Shown in pieces: positions 50,001 through 58,508 of a DNA stretch of 64,000 bases (position 1 is the stretch's first letter; every line of letters begins with the position of its first letter). The position numbers were made by a program, and so were the translations under genes. Origin of the DNA: an uncultured Bacilli bacterium (GTDB lineage Bacteria > Bacillota_I > Bacilli_A > RF39 > UBA660); assembly GCA_934098515.1 (NCBI GenBank), contig CAKOOK010000001.1, positions 89,076 through 153,075 on the forward strand, read 5' to 3'. Under the pieces are notes generated by a model. It worked only from the letters and a program-made list of their open reading frames with translations, ran no database searches and was not told where the DNA came from.

Positions 50001-53000
50001 TCCTCCACCAAATAATGAGCAATTTGCTTTTTTACTGCATGAAGTTGAACCAATTGTAGTTGTTCCACTTACTGTTATATTGGTGTTTTCGTTTACGATT
50101 GCTGGTGAACCATTACCTCCTCCGTAGGCTGATCCTTGGACTGTTCCATTGGTAATACTTACAAATGTACTTTTTAGAACTTCACCAAAGTTTCCACCAC
50201 CATAAATGTTATTTGTTATTTGACCGCCAGAAATATTTAAGTTCGTATTATTTATAATATTGGCAGCGTTTCCTCCTCCGTAGATGTTGTAAGTAGTGCC
50301 GCCGGTAACTGTAACTTTTGGATTATTTACATCGGCTTCGTTACCTCCACCATATACTTCAAAGGCATAACCATTTTTAATGTTAACGTTGGCATTATTT
50401 GTTAAACCACCCTTGTTGTTTCCTCCATATATTTTAAATCCGGTGTTTGTACTAGTTAAGTCTTCTTCTATTTCATTTTTTCCAGTAATTTTGTACTCAG
50501 ATGTAAAGTATGTGTTTTCTTGTAAAATAGTAAAATTAAAGGTATAAGAACTTCCAGGGGCAAGTTCATGGTTACTTTGAGTATTCCACCTTCCTGCACT
50601 TGTGAATGTATATTTTTCATTGTTGTCTATAACGTCTGTGTCTGATGAGTAATTATTATATAGTTTTGATTTAGGAATATTTATTGTTCCTTCCCAAGAT
50701 TTGATTGTTTTATCAGAATTATTTTTAATTTCTACATTTACGGTTACAACTTGATTAAAATTAGTACCATAATTTGTTTTTTCCCAGTCTGTTATAGTTC
50801 TTGATGATGGTGTAATAATTGCTTCTAGGCTGTTATCTTGATTTTGTGTATTTGAACTACCATTAAGTGTTATGTTACTTTCTTGGACTGTTCCTGTTTC
50901 GTTTGATCCACCAAAGGCTTTACTTATGGTTCCACCATTTATGATTACATTTGTTTTTCCGGATACTCCGGCGTTATTTCCCCCACCATAAGCATTATTT
51001 ACTGTTCCGTTATTTATAGTAAGGTTAGCATTTTGGGTTTCAATTTTATTTCCTCCACCAAAGATTCCTTCAGTAATTTTACCACCTGTCATGATTACGT
51101 TTGTCTTTTCACAGGTACCACCTAAGTTGTTGCCGCCAAAAGCATAATTAGCATTTCCACTTTCAATGTATACGTTTGTTAGATTAACTAAACCGCTTTG
51201 ATTAGAGCCACCATAGATATAGTCAACTTGGGCACCTTTAAGATAGATGTTGGTGTTTGTTTGGGATGTGTTTTTTCCTCCACCAAATGCTTGTCCAATA
51301 ATGCCACCATTTAAGTATACAATGTCTTCATTTTCTGGGGTTCCGTTTGCATCAAAGCCTCCATAGACGTTTGCTATTGTTCCACCATTTATGTTTACTG
51401 TTATTTTCCCTTTGACTTTTGGTGTACTTGATGCATCACCTTTTGCACCGCCAAATACGTCGCCTGTTATATTTCCATTATTAACTGTTACATTTACTGT
51501 TTTGGAGTTGGTTGATTCACTCGCGGTTGTTGCATTTACTGTTCCAAAGGCAGAGCCACCATAGACGTTTCCACTTATATTAGGTCCTTCTTCTTGGGTG
51601 CCAATGGTAACATCAATATTATCTCTTACAAATGTATTTTGCCCTTCTCCCCCACCATATACGGATGATACTTTACCATTTTTAATGTTAAGTTCTGTGC
51701 TTCCATAAACAATTCCGGTAATATTTGAACCACCATAAATACCATTTTTTACGTTTCCACCAGTCATATTTATTTTTATTTGTGAGTTAATATTAAAAAA
51801 TTCTATTTTTGTTTGATACCATCCACTTCCAGATGTTATTGTGTGTGCATAATTACCAGCTCCGTTGTTGTTTCCGGCACCATATACAGAACCATTGATT
51901 GTTCCACCTGCTAAGAGTATCTCTGTATTTGATGGATTATACGTTTTTTTGTTACCATATCCAGTTGCTCCATAGTTTCCTCCGCCATAAACATTTTTCT
52001 TAATTGTAGCGTTTCCATCAATTACTATGTATGAGTTATTAACTGAACCTACTCCTACTGATGATGAGTTTCCATTTCCTGCACCGAATACACTGCCTGA
52101 TTCAACTTTTGATACTGTATGATTTATTTGAGAGTCATTGCCAATTGTTGCGTGTCCACCAATGTATACGTATGAGTCTCCATATAGAATTCCGGGATAT
52201 TGTCCACTGTCGGAACCCATTACACCATTTGAGCCGCCAAATACAGCGTATCCAACTGTGCCACCAGTTACTTGGATTATACGGTTTCCGTATGTACTTG
52301 AGGCTCCTGCTCCACCTACAATAATTGATGGTGTGCCTCCTTTAACATAAATGAAAGTGTCATTTAAAAATGTGTTACCATTTTTTACATTAGTTTCAAC
52401 TGATAAAGGGCCGCCAATTACATTTGCTTGTGTGCCGCCTTCAATAATTGCTTTTCTTAGTACATAATGGTTTCCGTTGTTTCTACCACCTACATAAAGA
52501 CCAGCTGCATAATCATAATTGTTTTTACCTATATTGCCACTTTTTACTGTTGTATTAAGTGCAATGGTTGATGTACTCGTGCTTCTTATTGTTGCTCCCC
52601 ATGATCCTGATGCGCAGTACTGAACTATGAAATTATTATTGTTATTAGTTACTCTGTCATAATCATTACCATATGTTCCATAAGCCATTACGTAGTGTGT
52701 TCCACTAGATGATGTGGTTGTTGTTAGACCAAGGTTATTGTAAAAACCTGATTCAACTATAAATGTATATCTTTTGACTGTGGTACCAGAAAATGAAGTT
52801 GAGCCTCCAGCTGCAGCATCAAATGATGCGTAATTATTATATTGAGTAATACCTCTACCAATTTTAAGATTGTAATAGTTTCCAAAAATAGTTCTGTTTG
52901 TATAAGGAGCATCATCTCCAGTTTGCATACTTTTTCCAGAGTTTATTCTTATCATTTCGATTCTTGTGTCTGCACCTATATTTAATGTATCAGATTGTTC

Positions 53001-55193
53001 CCAGTAATATCTATTTATATTATTTATTTGGTTATTTATTGCGGTTAATGTAAATGGTTTAGATTGATTAGACCATGCACCAGAGATATTACCTGTAACA
53101 AATGCTATATTGGTATCTCTTGTTACAAGGAAATAGTATTTAACTCCTTCTAAAACTTTTTCTAAGGTGCCATTTTCATTTTTGATTTTTATGAGTTCAT
53201 AATATTGGCATCCGTTTGTTTGATTACATGTACCTGTCGTAAGCATTTCAGCGTTGCTGTTATAGTATCCGTATAAAGCTTCTCCATATGGCAGAATTAC
53301 CTCTCTATATAGGCCTCCTGCTAAATCTCCTATGTTTACTTGTTCACTAGTTTCGTTTATGTGTTGTGGGGTTGTTTCATTAAATGAAGCTCCATACCAG
53401 CTTTCAGCTTTAGTATAATAAGTTCTTGTAGATGAATACTCGGTTCCTCTTGCGGGTCTCATTATGTCGCATCCACCATTATTACGACAGGTTGTATTGT
53501 TAGTTACTTCTTGCCAGCCGTACCATCCAGATTCTTGATAATCGCCTGCAATTATTTGTCCATTTCTCGGAACTCTTACTGAGTAATATAAATCGTCAAT
53601 TTCCCAGTACGATACTGTACCTCTTGCTAGTTTTAAGCCGGCATCAAAGAAGTAATTAAAAGCACTATTCCAATTGTTTCCAGAAATGTTATAGGTTCTT
53701 GCGTTTATCCACGAAGAATAAAAGGTTATTTCAATAGGATTTGGTTTCCCATTTTCATACGTTACTGGTATTCTTACTTTTCTTACATAAATATCTCGGT
53801 CTATCTCAATAGTTGCATTTGGATATTCTGTTAGCCAGCCATTAAATGCTTTATTAGCTGGTCTATTTGCAAATGGATTGTCTATTAAATCGAATTCAAC
53901 GAAGTCATCTGATGTATCTTCTGTGCCATTAGTATTTATTTCGTAGATTTTGTAATAAATATATGTATCTTGTTCTTCTGTAAGTGATACTTTTCCTATA
54001 TTTTGATTGTTATAGTCAGCGCCTTTATATGTTGCTGCTACGTAGACTAAGTTATTTTCACTATATATTTCTTTTAAAATTCTTGTGGGAATTGTTTGAT
54101 TAGAACTACTTGTGTAGTTTAGTCCCATGTAGTAATCATAGTCTGCAAGAAAGTCATTAACATATACAATATTATTTTCAATACCACTTTCATGAGATGT
54201 TATGCCAGCCGTTTCATTTGTTAGTGCAATCTCATCAATTCCATTGTTCATTAGTCTTATCGTATTATTCGCATAAGTCCATGTGAAATTTGAATTCTTA
54301 TTTAGAATGTTTATAATACTCTTAACTGGATATTGATTTTCAAAAGTGATGATGTTATCAGTCTTGTTATAACCATAAGATGTTATGTTTGATGACTCGG
54401 CGTTATTAAATAAATTTAGGTTATTAATATGATAAATAATATTTGACACTTGACTATTGTTATAATTATTAATTAAGATAGCTGAATTTGAATTAGAATC
54501 GTTCAAGTCTACATGAATATTGCTTATGTTATTATTTTGCTTATCATTTATTAATAGTCCTGCTGATTGTGTTTCATAATTTTCATCTTCACTTATGTTG
54601 TATTTTATATTACTAAGGGAGATGTTATTTAAGGTACTATTTGCTACATTAGTAGCAAGAGCTGATATTGTACGTTTTTGGTTTACTTTATTTGCCGCTA
54701 TTTTAAGATTTGTGATGTTTAAATTTTTGATGTTTGCACCATTAAGATTTGAAAAAAGTGAATATTCACATGTAGCAGTTTCTTCGTTGCTACTGCAGTT
54801 ATTAAAATTTAAATTAGATAGTGTGTATCCATTTCCGTTGATGGTTCCACTAAATGTTTTGCTAGTTTCTATAAATGAAAAGTCTCTATTATCAAAATCT
54901 ATATTATTTTTTATTTCATAAAATTTATTAAAATATGATGAAGAATCTTCACTTTTTAATTTATTAAATAGGAGGGCAAACTCTGAACCCTCAGTTATTA
55001 TATACGGATTAGACTCGCTTCCATCTCCATCTTGAAAAGATGTTGCTATACTTCCATCCCATATACTTGATGTTAATTTTTCACTGAATGTTGGATAAAG
55101 TTTAATTGCCGCAAAAACAATAGTGAAGATTGTTAAAATTGCTACTAATGAAATGAATAAATTTTTTTTATTTTTTATACGCAATGCCCTCAT
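47061..55193 (-). CDS. Giant secreted beta-helix surface protein (2,710 aa from ATG 55193)
   Basis: N-terminal TM/signal segment. GSESNPYIITEGSEF..FSGTINGNGYTLSNLNF adhesin-type N-domain. Dozens of (V/I/A)(Y/F)GG(G/S)N repeats. An inserted beta-sandwich domain. C-terminal Ig-like modules. The track start (TTG 55211) is less likely than the ATG preceded by GGAG. Confidence 0.8.
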   Translation of the reverse strand: MRALRIKNKKNLFISLVAILTIFTIVFAAIKLYPTFSEKLTSSIWDGSIATSFQDGDGSESNPYIITEGSEFALLFNKLKSEDSSSYFNKFYEIKNNIDFDNRDFSFIETSKTFSGTINGNGYTLSNLNFNNCSSNEETATCEYSLFSNLNGANIKNLNITNLKIAANKVNQKRTISALATNVANSTLNNISLSNIKYNISEDENYETQSAGLLINDKQNNNISNIHVDLNDSNSNSAILINNYNNSQVSNIIYHINNLNLFNNAESSNITSYGYNKTDNIITFENQYPVKSIINILNKNSNFTWTYANNTIRLMNNGIDEIALTNETAGITSHESGIENNIVYVNDFLADYDYYMGLNYTSSSNQTIPTRILKEIYSENNLVYVAATYKGADYNNQNIGKVSLTEEQDTYIYYKIYEINTNGTEDTSDDFVEFDLIDNPFANRPANKAFNGWLTEYPNATIEIDRDIYVRKVRIPVTYENGKPNPIEITFYSSWINARTYNISGNNWNSAFNYFFDAGLKLARGTVSYWEIDDLYYSVRVPRNGQIIAGDYQESGWYGWQEVTNNTTCRNNGGCDIMRPARGTEYSSTRTYYTKAESWYGASFNETTPQHINETSEQVNIGDLAGGLYREVILPYGEALYGYYNSNAEMLTTGTCNQTNGCQYYELIKIKNENGTLEKVLEGVKYYFLVTRDTNIAFVTGNISGAWSNQSKPFTLTAINNQINNINRYYWEQSDTLNIGADTRIEMIRINSGKSMQTGDDAPYTNRTIFGNYYNLKIGRGITQYNNYASFDAAAGGSTSFSGTTVKRYTFIVESGFYNNLGLTTTTSSSGTHYVMAYGTYGNDYDRVTNNNNNFIVQYCASGSWGATIRSTSTSTIALNTTVKSGNIGKNNYDYAAGLYVGGRNNGNHYVLRKAIIEGGTQANVIGGPLSVETNVKNGNTFLNDTFIYVKGGTPSIIVGGAGASSTYGNRIIQVTGGTVGYAVFGGSNGVMGSDSGQYPGILYGDSYVYIGGHATIGNDSQINHTVSKVESGSVFGAGNGNSSSVGVGSVNNSYIVIDGNATIKKNVYGGGNYGATGYGNKKTYNPSNTEILLAGGTINGSVYGAGNNNGAGNYAHTITSGSGWYQTKIEFFNINSQIKINMTGGNVKNGIYGGSNITGIVYGSTELNIKNGKVSSVYGGGEGQNTFVRDNIDVTIGTQEEGPNISGNVYGGSAFGTVNATTASESTNSKTVNVTVNNGNITGDVFGGAKGDASSTPKVKGKITVNINGGTIANVYGGFDANGTPENEDIVYLNGGIIGQAFGGGKNTSQTNTNIYLKGAQVDYIYGGSNQSGLVNLTNVYIESGNANYAFGGNNLGGTCEKTNVIMTGGKITEGIFGGGNKIETQNANLTINNGTVNNAYGGGNNAGVSGKTNVIINGGTISKAFGGSNETGTVQESNITLNGSSNTQNQDNSLEAIITPSSRTITDWEKTNYGTNFNQVVTVNVEIKNNSDKTIKSWEGTINIPKSKLYNNYSSDTDVIDNNEKYTFTSAGRWNTQSNHELAPGSSYTFNFTILQENTYFTSEYKITGKNEIEEDLTSTNTGFKIYGGNNKGGLTNNANVNIKNGYAFEVYGGGNEADVNNPKVTVTGGTTYNIYGGGNAANIINNTNLNISGGQITNNIYGGGNFGEVLKSTFVSITNGTVQGSAYGGGNGSPAIVNENTNITVSGTTTIGSTSCSKKANCSLFGGGNAAATGKDGTSKSTVNLAGGHIYGNVYGGANTSVVKGDAIVNVANSAVSESTVKAPITLDGTIFGGGEANASGSDTYDYSFISVTKSITVNLDATDFSDINIKGSIFGSGNASSSSGTSKINITKFGSDENPKKITSIQRTDILNINNSGMILIGATDRTNEYSDTLFTLSIIGKLNLKNNSSLYLESGTNLLQEFNSLVDDSTLAEVVIDEETGSYTRNVDNRIYALEGVKAINIAKGETIDETATDYGEVNGMTFFGLYTYNSSGHVNAGIYKKSIQNGDDLNWGDMPTQGSYVLGLHKANHDITKDGFYSNFMNEETSKNKANYITPTPENSDFYMWIIGELVVEYNIDLSASKYSTLGIKEVSFYDFADPNTNFEILGFDYSNLKEGVSLVEREDVPRIAATTADADNIMSLKMETGSTGWINRGETVLLSKEPSIIGDKKYIGENSNSVPTLAFYLYHSKNLGTTDEMGKVSIVVMAIRRIDGLTSEAKRIVINVNLSRVLYNTNDYEGAITSGRKYEIFPSTAVDITDKSSISAYFSLYKDGENVYKDGDNRSLVSTSVLPLHTKITMIDLSKTTPEYYYHTINEDDVTRAEAEIASHGDVSYPLSSFETMGALNSNVYYNNGSNSADYYHPDKNTSSEEFIFILDFEDTNIQADMLNNHLILELKDKQGETRISILGNQYDVMSYDIYTGKDAIIDIDGTISKNTIYSGEDFKLDLETAYTQSKSGSTIINDTKLLDYKLGIKISLIDENGNAVSGTSMMGLYYEIDGNKYYPNLDGTTRIKISEKIGNVKTWITVNTANSNIPTGSYTLKIDSYGSPDGIYYGLNPSDTLEIPINYINEKYGLDIKIDNKDLIINKETGTNIDGNSTLEFTIKYNSVFENPSLNMKLYRRSYNEVYDTNYELVDLQEYLDMTLIKKNGSDNEYIVSSNPSDNTKLRLDLKNNLLNGTYKLEFILYDNNSKIGTVEKYIIIK
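49650..52450 (-). repeat. Periodic coding repeats (about 19-22 aa) with a hydrophobic-(Y/F)GGGN core, parallel beta-helix type
   Basis: VYGGGNYGATG, VYGAGNNNGAG, IYGGSNITG, VYGGGEGQN, AFGGGKNTS, IYGGSNQSG, AYGGGNNAG, IYGGGNAAN, AYGGGNGSP, LFGGGNAAA, IFGGGEANA, IFGSGNASS and others. Confidence 0.75.
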
Positions 55194-55255
55194 ATTTTTT
55201 ACTCCATCCAATTATACTACCATTATAACATTTAGGCTCGGTAAATACAATAAAA

Positions 55256-55290
55256 CATTAAAAAAAGTCTACTTTGAAAATAGACTTTAG
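55256..55290 (-). terminator. Terminator/attenuator between the 325-aa TasA-like gene and the giant gene
   Basis: Minus strand AAAGUCUA-N9-UAGACUUU followed by UUUUUUAAUG. Confidence 0.65.
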
Positions 55291-55312
55291 TATATAAATT
55301 CACAATAGATTA

Positions 55313-56290
55313 TTATGCTGCGGTTGCATTTTGGCTTAATGCAATATTTAATGAAATACCAGTACCAGAAGCATTATTTTCACAGTCAACGTCTTGACCT
55401 TCAACCCAGAAATAAATTCTCATTTTCGTAATACCAGTTTTTAATGAGAAAATAGCAGTATATGATGTTGGGGTTGCAAGTGTTCCAATTGTATCAACTT
55501 TTACGTAATTCTCATCTTCATATGTTAATTCTTTTTTTTCTACTGCTGCTTTTACGCCCTTATAATCTAATTTATTATTTCCCGGTGCTGCAGTTAAACT
55601 GTTGATTCCGTATACTGTGCTAGCTTGTGTTACACCATAACTTGTATGATCATCATAATTTGGTTCCCAAACAACAACGTCAGTTGCAGTTGCTCCATTT
55701 AAAGCATATACTGTATCTATGGCTGCATCTGCTGGTTTATTTCCTTCATTTACGAATGCTATACGAGAAGCATTTTTTAATCCTTTTTCTTCACTAGTTG
55801 CTTCTTTTGTAACATTTGCTGATGTTGTTAGATAAATTTGACCTGCTGTTTCTGTTTTAAAGAATACGTCAAAAGCAACATAGTTTCCAGAAGTTCCGTT
55901 TGCTTCATTAACAGCTTTGGTTGTACTTAATTTTAGTACTCCACCATCACTTGTTACTTCACCGTCGTACATATCAAGTGCGCCTGCTTCTGTTTCATCC
56001 ATAGTTTTACCAGTTGTTGTATTTGTTATTGTTCCAGGCATTTGGTTTTTTACGCCTTTCCATGTAGCGCTCGTTAAATCAACATTAGTAAGAGTTGTTT
56101 TCCAATTAGTTGCATCTGCTGATATTAATAAACCAGAACTTGTAGTTACTTTAACATCAATGCCTTCGATAGATACATTTTTATTTGATGTGAACCATGC
56201 ATAGGTTGATGTTCCTAGTAATACTACTGAAAGTAATAGTAATAATATAAGTGAAGATAATTTCTTCTGTTTTTTTCTTTTATTCTTCAT
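55313..56290 (-). CDS. TasA-like SipW-dependent secreted protein (325 aa), candidate abundant subunit
   Basis: Start moved to ATG 56290 (GGAG RBS). Signal ..VVLLGTSTYAWFTSNKN. Ala/Thr/Gly-rich body. C-terminal MRIYFWVEGQDVDCENNASGTGISLNIALSQ. Confidence 0.65.
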   Translation of the reverse strand: MKNKRKKQKKLSSLILLLLLSVVLLGTSTYAWFTSNKNVSIEGIDVKVTTSSGLLISADATNWKTTLTNVDLTSATWKGVKNQMPGTITNTTTGKTMDETEAGALDMYDGEVTSDGGVLKLSTTKAVNEANGTSGNYVAFDVFFKTETAGQIYLTTSANVTKEATSEEKGLKNASRIAFVNEGNKPADAAIDTVYALNGATATDVVVWEPNYDDHTSYGVTQASTVYGINSLTAAPGNNKLDYKGVKAAVEKKELTYEDENYVKVDTIGTLATPTSYTAIFSLKTGITKMRIYFWVEGQDVDCENNASGTGISLNIALSQNATAA

Positions 56291-56308
56291 AATACACTCC
56301 AAACAATT

Positions 56309-57004
56309 TTATTCTCTTATATGATCTTCTGTAATGTCCATGTGCATTTTTACTTCTCCACCGAGTAGTGAATTAGTACATTCTGGGTCGTCTCCTTCAA
56401 TCCAAATAACTATTGTGAATTTATCTAGTTCATAAGGTTCAATATTTTCCCTCTTTTGCAATATTATTGTACCATCTTCGTCTTTAAGAAAAGCTGTTGT
56501 TCCTGTCTCTGGTTGTCCATCCGTTGCGCTTTCTTTGGCATAAACGACTTTTTCGTCATTTCGATATATCATTACTCTGATTGCTTCATCTGCATCTTTG
56601 ATGACATCATCCATGACCATTTTGTACCAATAATTAGTTGCTTCAGTGCCTTGATTTTCAACATAAAATGTATAAGCTATGTAGTTATCACCATTATGTG
56701 AACCATCAGATTCATTGTTGATATTTTGTGGCAACCATTTTATTGATATATTCGTCATAAATCTAGAACCATCAGCAAACAATCTTCTTTTTGAGTGTGG
56801 ATCATTTACGCTTTCATAGATTACTATGCTGCTGTTGTCTCCATCATTATATATACTTAGAGTTCCTCTTTGAAAGATGGATACAAGTACTAAATAAACG
56901 ACTATAAGTACAAATAGCAATGCAATTAAGGATATTTTAACAATACGCTTGAATTCACGCCATTTTTTGATTCTATCCGCAGTTTTGATTACTTCTTTTG
57001 CCAT
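56309..57004 (-). CDS. Membrane-anchored protein sharing the C-terminal domain of the 325-aa TasA-like protein
   Basis: Cytoplasmic basic N-terminus then one TM segment. C-terminal FTIVIWIEGDDPECTNSLLGGEVKMHMDI parallels IYFWVEGQDVDCENNASGTGISLNIAL. It is the first gene after the promoter. Confidence 0.55.
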   Translation of the reverse strand: MAKEVIKTADRIKKWREFKRIVKISLIALLFVLIVVYLVLVSIFQRGTLSIYNDGDNSSIVIYESVNDPHSKRRLFADGSRFMTNISIKWLPQNINNESDGSHNGDNYIAYTFYVENQGTEATNYWYKMVMDDVIKDADEAIRVMIYRNDEKVVYAKESATDGQPETGTTAFLKDEDGTIILQKRENIEPYELDKFTIVIWIEGDDPECTNSLLGGEVKMHMDITEDHIRE

Positions 57005-57066
57005 AATTCCTCCTCAATCCTGCTAGATATACACATGATAGATTACACTCCCTACCATACAATGTC

Positions 57067-57095
57067 ATTATATTATAGTTTTTTGAGAAAAGCAA
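57067..57095 (-). promoter_or_regulatory. Sigma-A promoter candidate for the fibre operon
   Basis: Minus strand TTGCTT-N17-TATAAT, a ~55-nt leader, then RBS TGAGGAGGAATTATG. Confidence 0.45.
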
Positions 57096-57125
57096 TATAT
57101 TTTGTCGAAATATGTATTTTTTTTA

Positions 57126-58508
57126 TTATAGTTTTTTAGATTTAGAAATGTAAAAATAAAATTTTGTTCCTTTGTTTTTTGTGCTTTCAACACCGTACTT
57201 GAAATTATGTTTTACAAGAATATTTTGAACTATAGATAATCCCAAGCCTGTTCCTACTACGTTTCGTTTATGATTTTTTTCGTCTTTATAATATTTAGTC
57301 CAGATTTGTTTAATGTCATTTTTATCGATGCCTTTCCCAGTGTCGATTACTTCAACTAGATAATTATTTCTATTTTCTGTAATATTTATTTTTACTGTTA
57401 AATCCTCGCCAGTATAATTTATTGCGTTATTTATTAGGTTATATAAAACTTGATTTATTTTATTTTTATCTGCATGAACTACAGCAATTTCTGGTGCATT
57501 TAGGATTAGTTTGTAGTTTTCAGTTTCTTTAATTATTTGATATCTATTTAGAATTGATTTTACTTCTTCAACTAGGTCATAGTCTTCTAAGGTAAGTTCA
57601 TCTTTATTGTTTTCTAATTTTGATAAATTTAGGATATCGTTTACAAGAATGTTTAGTCTATCGGCTTCTTGAATAATTATACTTAGGTTTTCATTTCTTT
57701 TATCTTTGTCATTGTAGTTTATATCGCGTGCCATTTCAGCATATGCTTTAATCATGGTTAAGGGTGTTTTTAAATCATGGGATACGTTTGCCATTAGATC
57801 TTTCCTAAGTTCATCTGTGTTTTTAATTTCACTTTTAGCATAGTTTAAGGTTGTTGTTAGTTCGTCTAGTTCTTTGATATTGTATATTTCTTCATCAGGT
57901 TCATAATTTCCTTTTGCCATTTCTTTGGCCTTATTTGTAATTTTTAATATTGGTTTATTTAACATATCGGATACGAGAATTGACATTATGCCAGATAGAA
58001 TTATTACGATAAAAGTTATGTATATTAACTGACCACTTAAAACATTAGTTGTACTGTTAACGTCTTCTAGTTTAGTATTTAAAATTATATATATATTATC
58101 ATTTAATTTTAGACCGTATATAATACTTTTAGAATCATATCTTGGGTCGATTATTTTTATTAGACTTTTTTTAGATGTTCCTGTTATAATTTTATTTTTG
58201 GCATTTATGATTTTAGCGTTGTTTGAATTTAATATGCAGTCTTTATTTTGAGTGTTATAACCATATATTTTATCTCCATAGTAAACTTCAGCACACATAT
58301 CATTGTTGTAAATTTCTTCTTCTAAGTTTTCTAGATTATTTTCGGAAATTTTGGATGCAACTTCAATTATTTTGTTATACTGATATCTTTCAAAAAAAAT
58401 CTTTAAAAATACTATTTGAAACAGCCAAAGAAGAAGTAGGATTATTGCTGAGTATGAAAGTAAGTAAATGAAAGTTTTTTTTCTGATACTGTTACTCTTT
58501 GTATTCAA
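57126..58508 (-). CDS. Sensor histidine kinase (HisKA + HATPase_c) with a ~120-aa extracytoplasmic loop
   Basis: Two TM helices. H-box ANVSHDLKTPLTMIKAYAEM, N-box LYNLINNAINYT, G-boxes VIDTGKGI and GTGLGLSIV. Confidence 0.85.
   Translation of the reverse strand: MNTKSNSIRKKTFIYLLSYSAIILLLLWLFQIVFLKIFFERYQYNKIIEVASKISENNLENLEEEIYNNDMCAEVYYGDKIYGYNTQNKDCILNSNNAKIINAKNKIITGTSKKSLIKIIDPRYDSKSIIYGLKLNDNIYIILNTKLEDVNSTTNVLSGQLIYITFIVIILSGIMSILVSDMLNKPILKITNKAKEMAKGNYEPDEEIYNIKELDELTTTLNYAKSEIKNTDELRKDLMANVSHDLKTPLTMIKAYAEMARDINYNDKDKRNENLSIIIQEADRLNILVNDILNLSKLENNKDELTLEDYDLVEEVKSILNRYQIIKETENYKLILNAPEIAVVHADKNKINQVLYNLINNAINYTGEDLTVKINITENRNNYLVEVIDTGKGIDKNDIKQIWTKYYKDEKNHKRNVVGTGLGLSIVQNILVKHNFKYGVESTKNKGTKFYFYISKSKKL

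Noticed and set aside
49390-52350. Several 60-125-aa ORFs on both strands inside the giant gene (49390-49767, 49631-49822, 52061-52324, 52138-52350), plus a CRISPR-like impression from the periodicity
   Set aside because: All are embedded in the 8.1-kb ORF. The periodicity is at protein level (GGGN turns every ~60 nt with diverged DNA). It is not identical direct repeats separated by unique spacers, and no cas genes are present.
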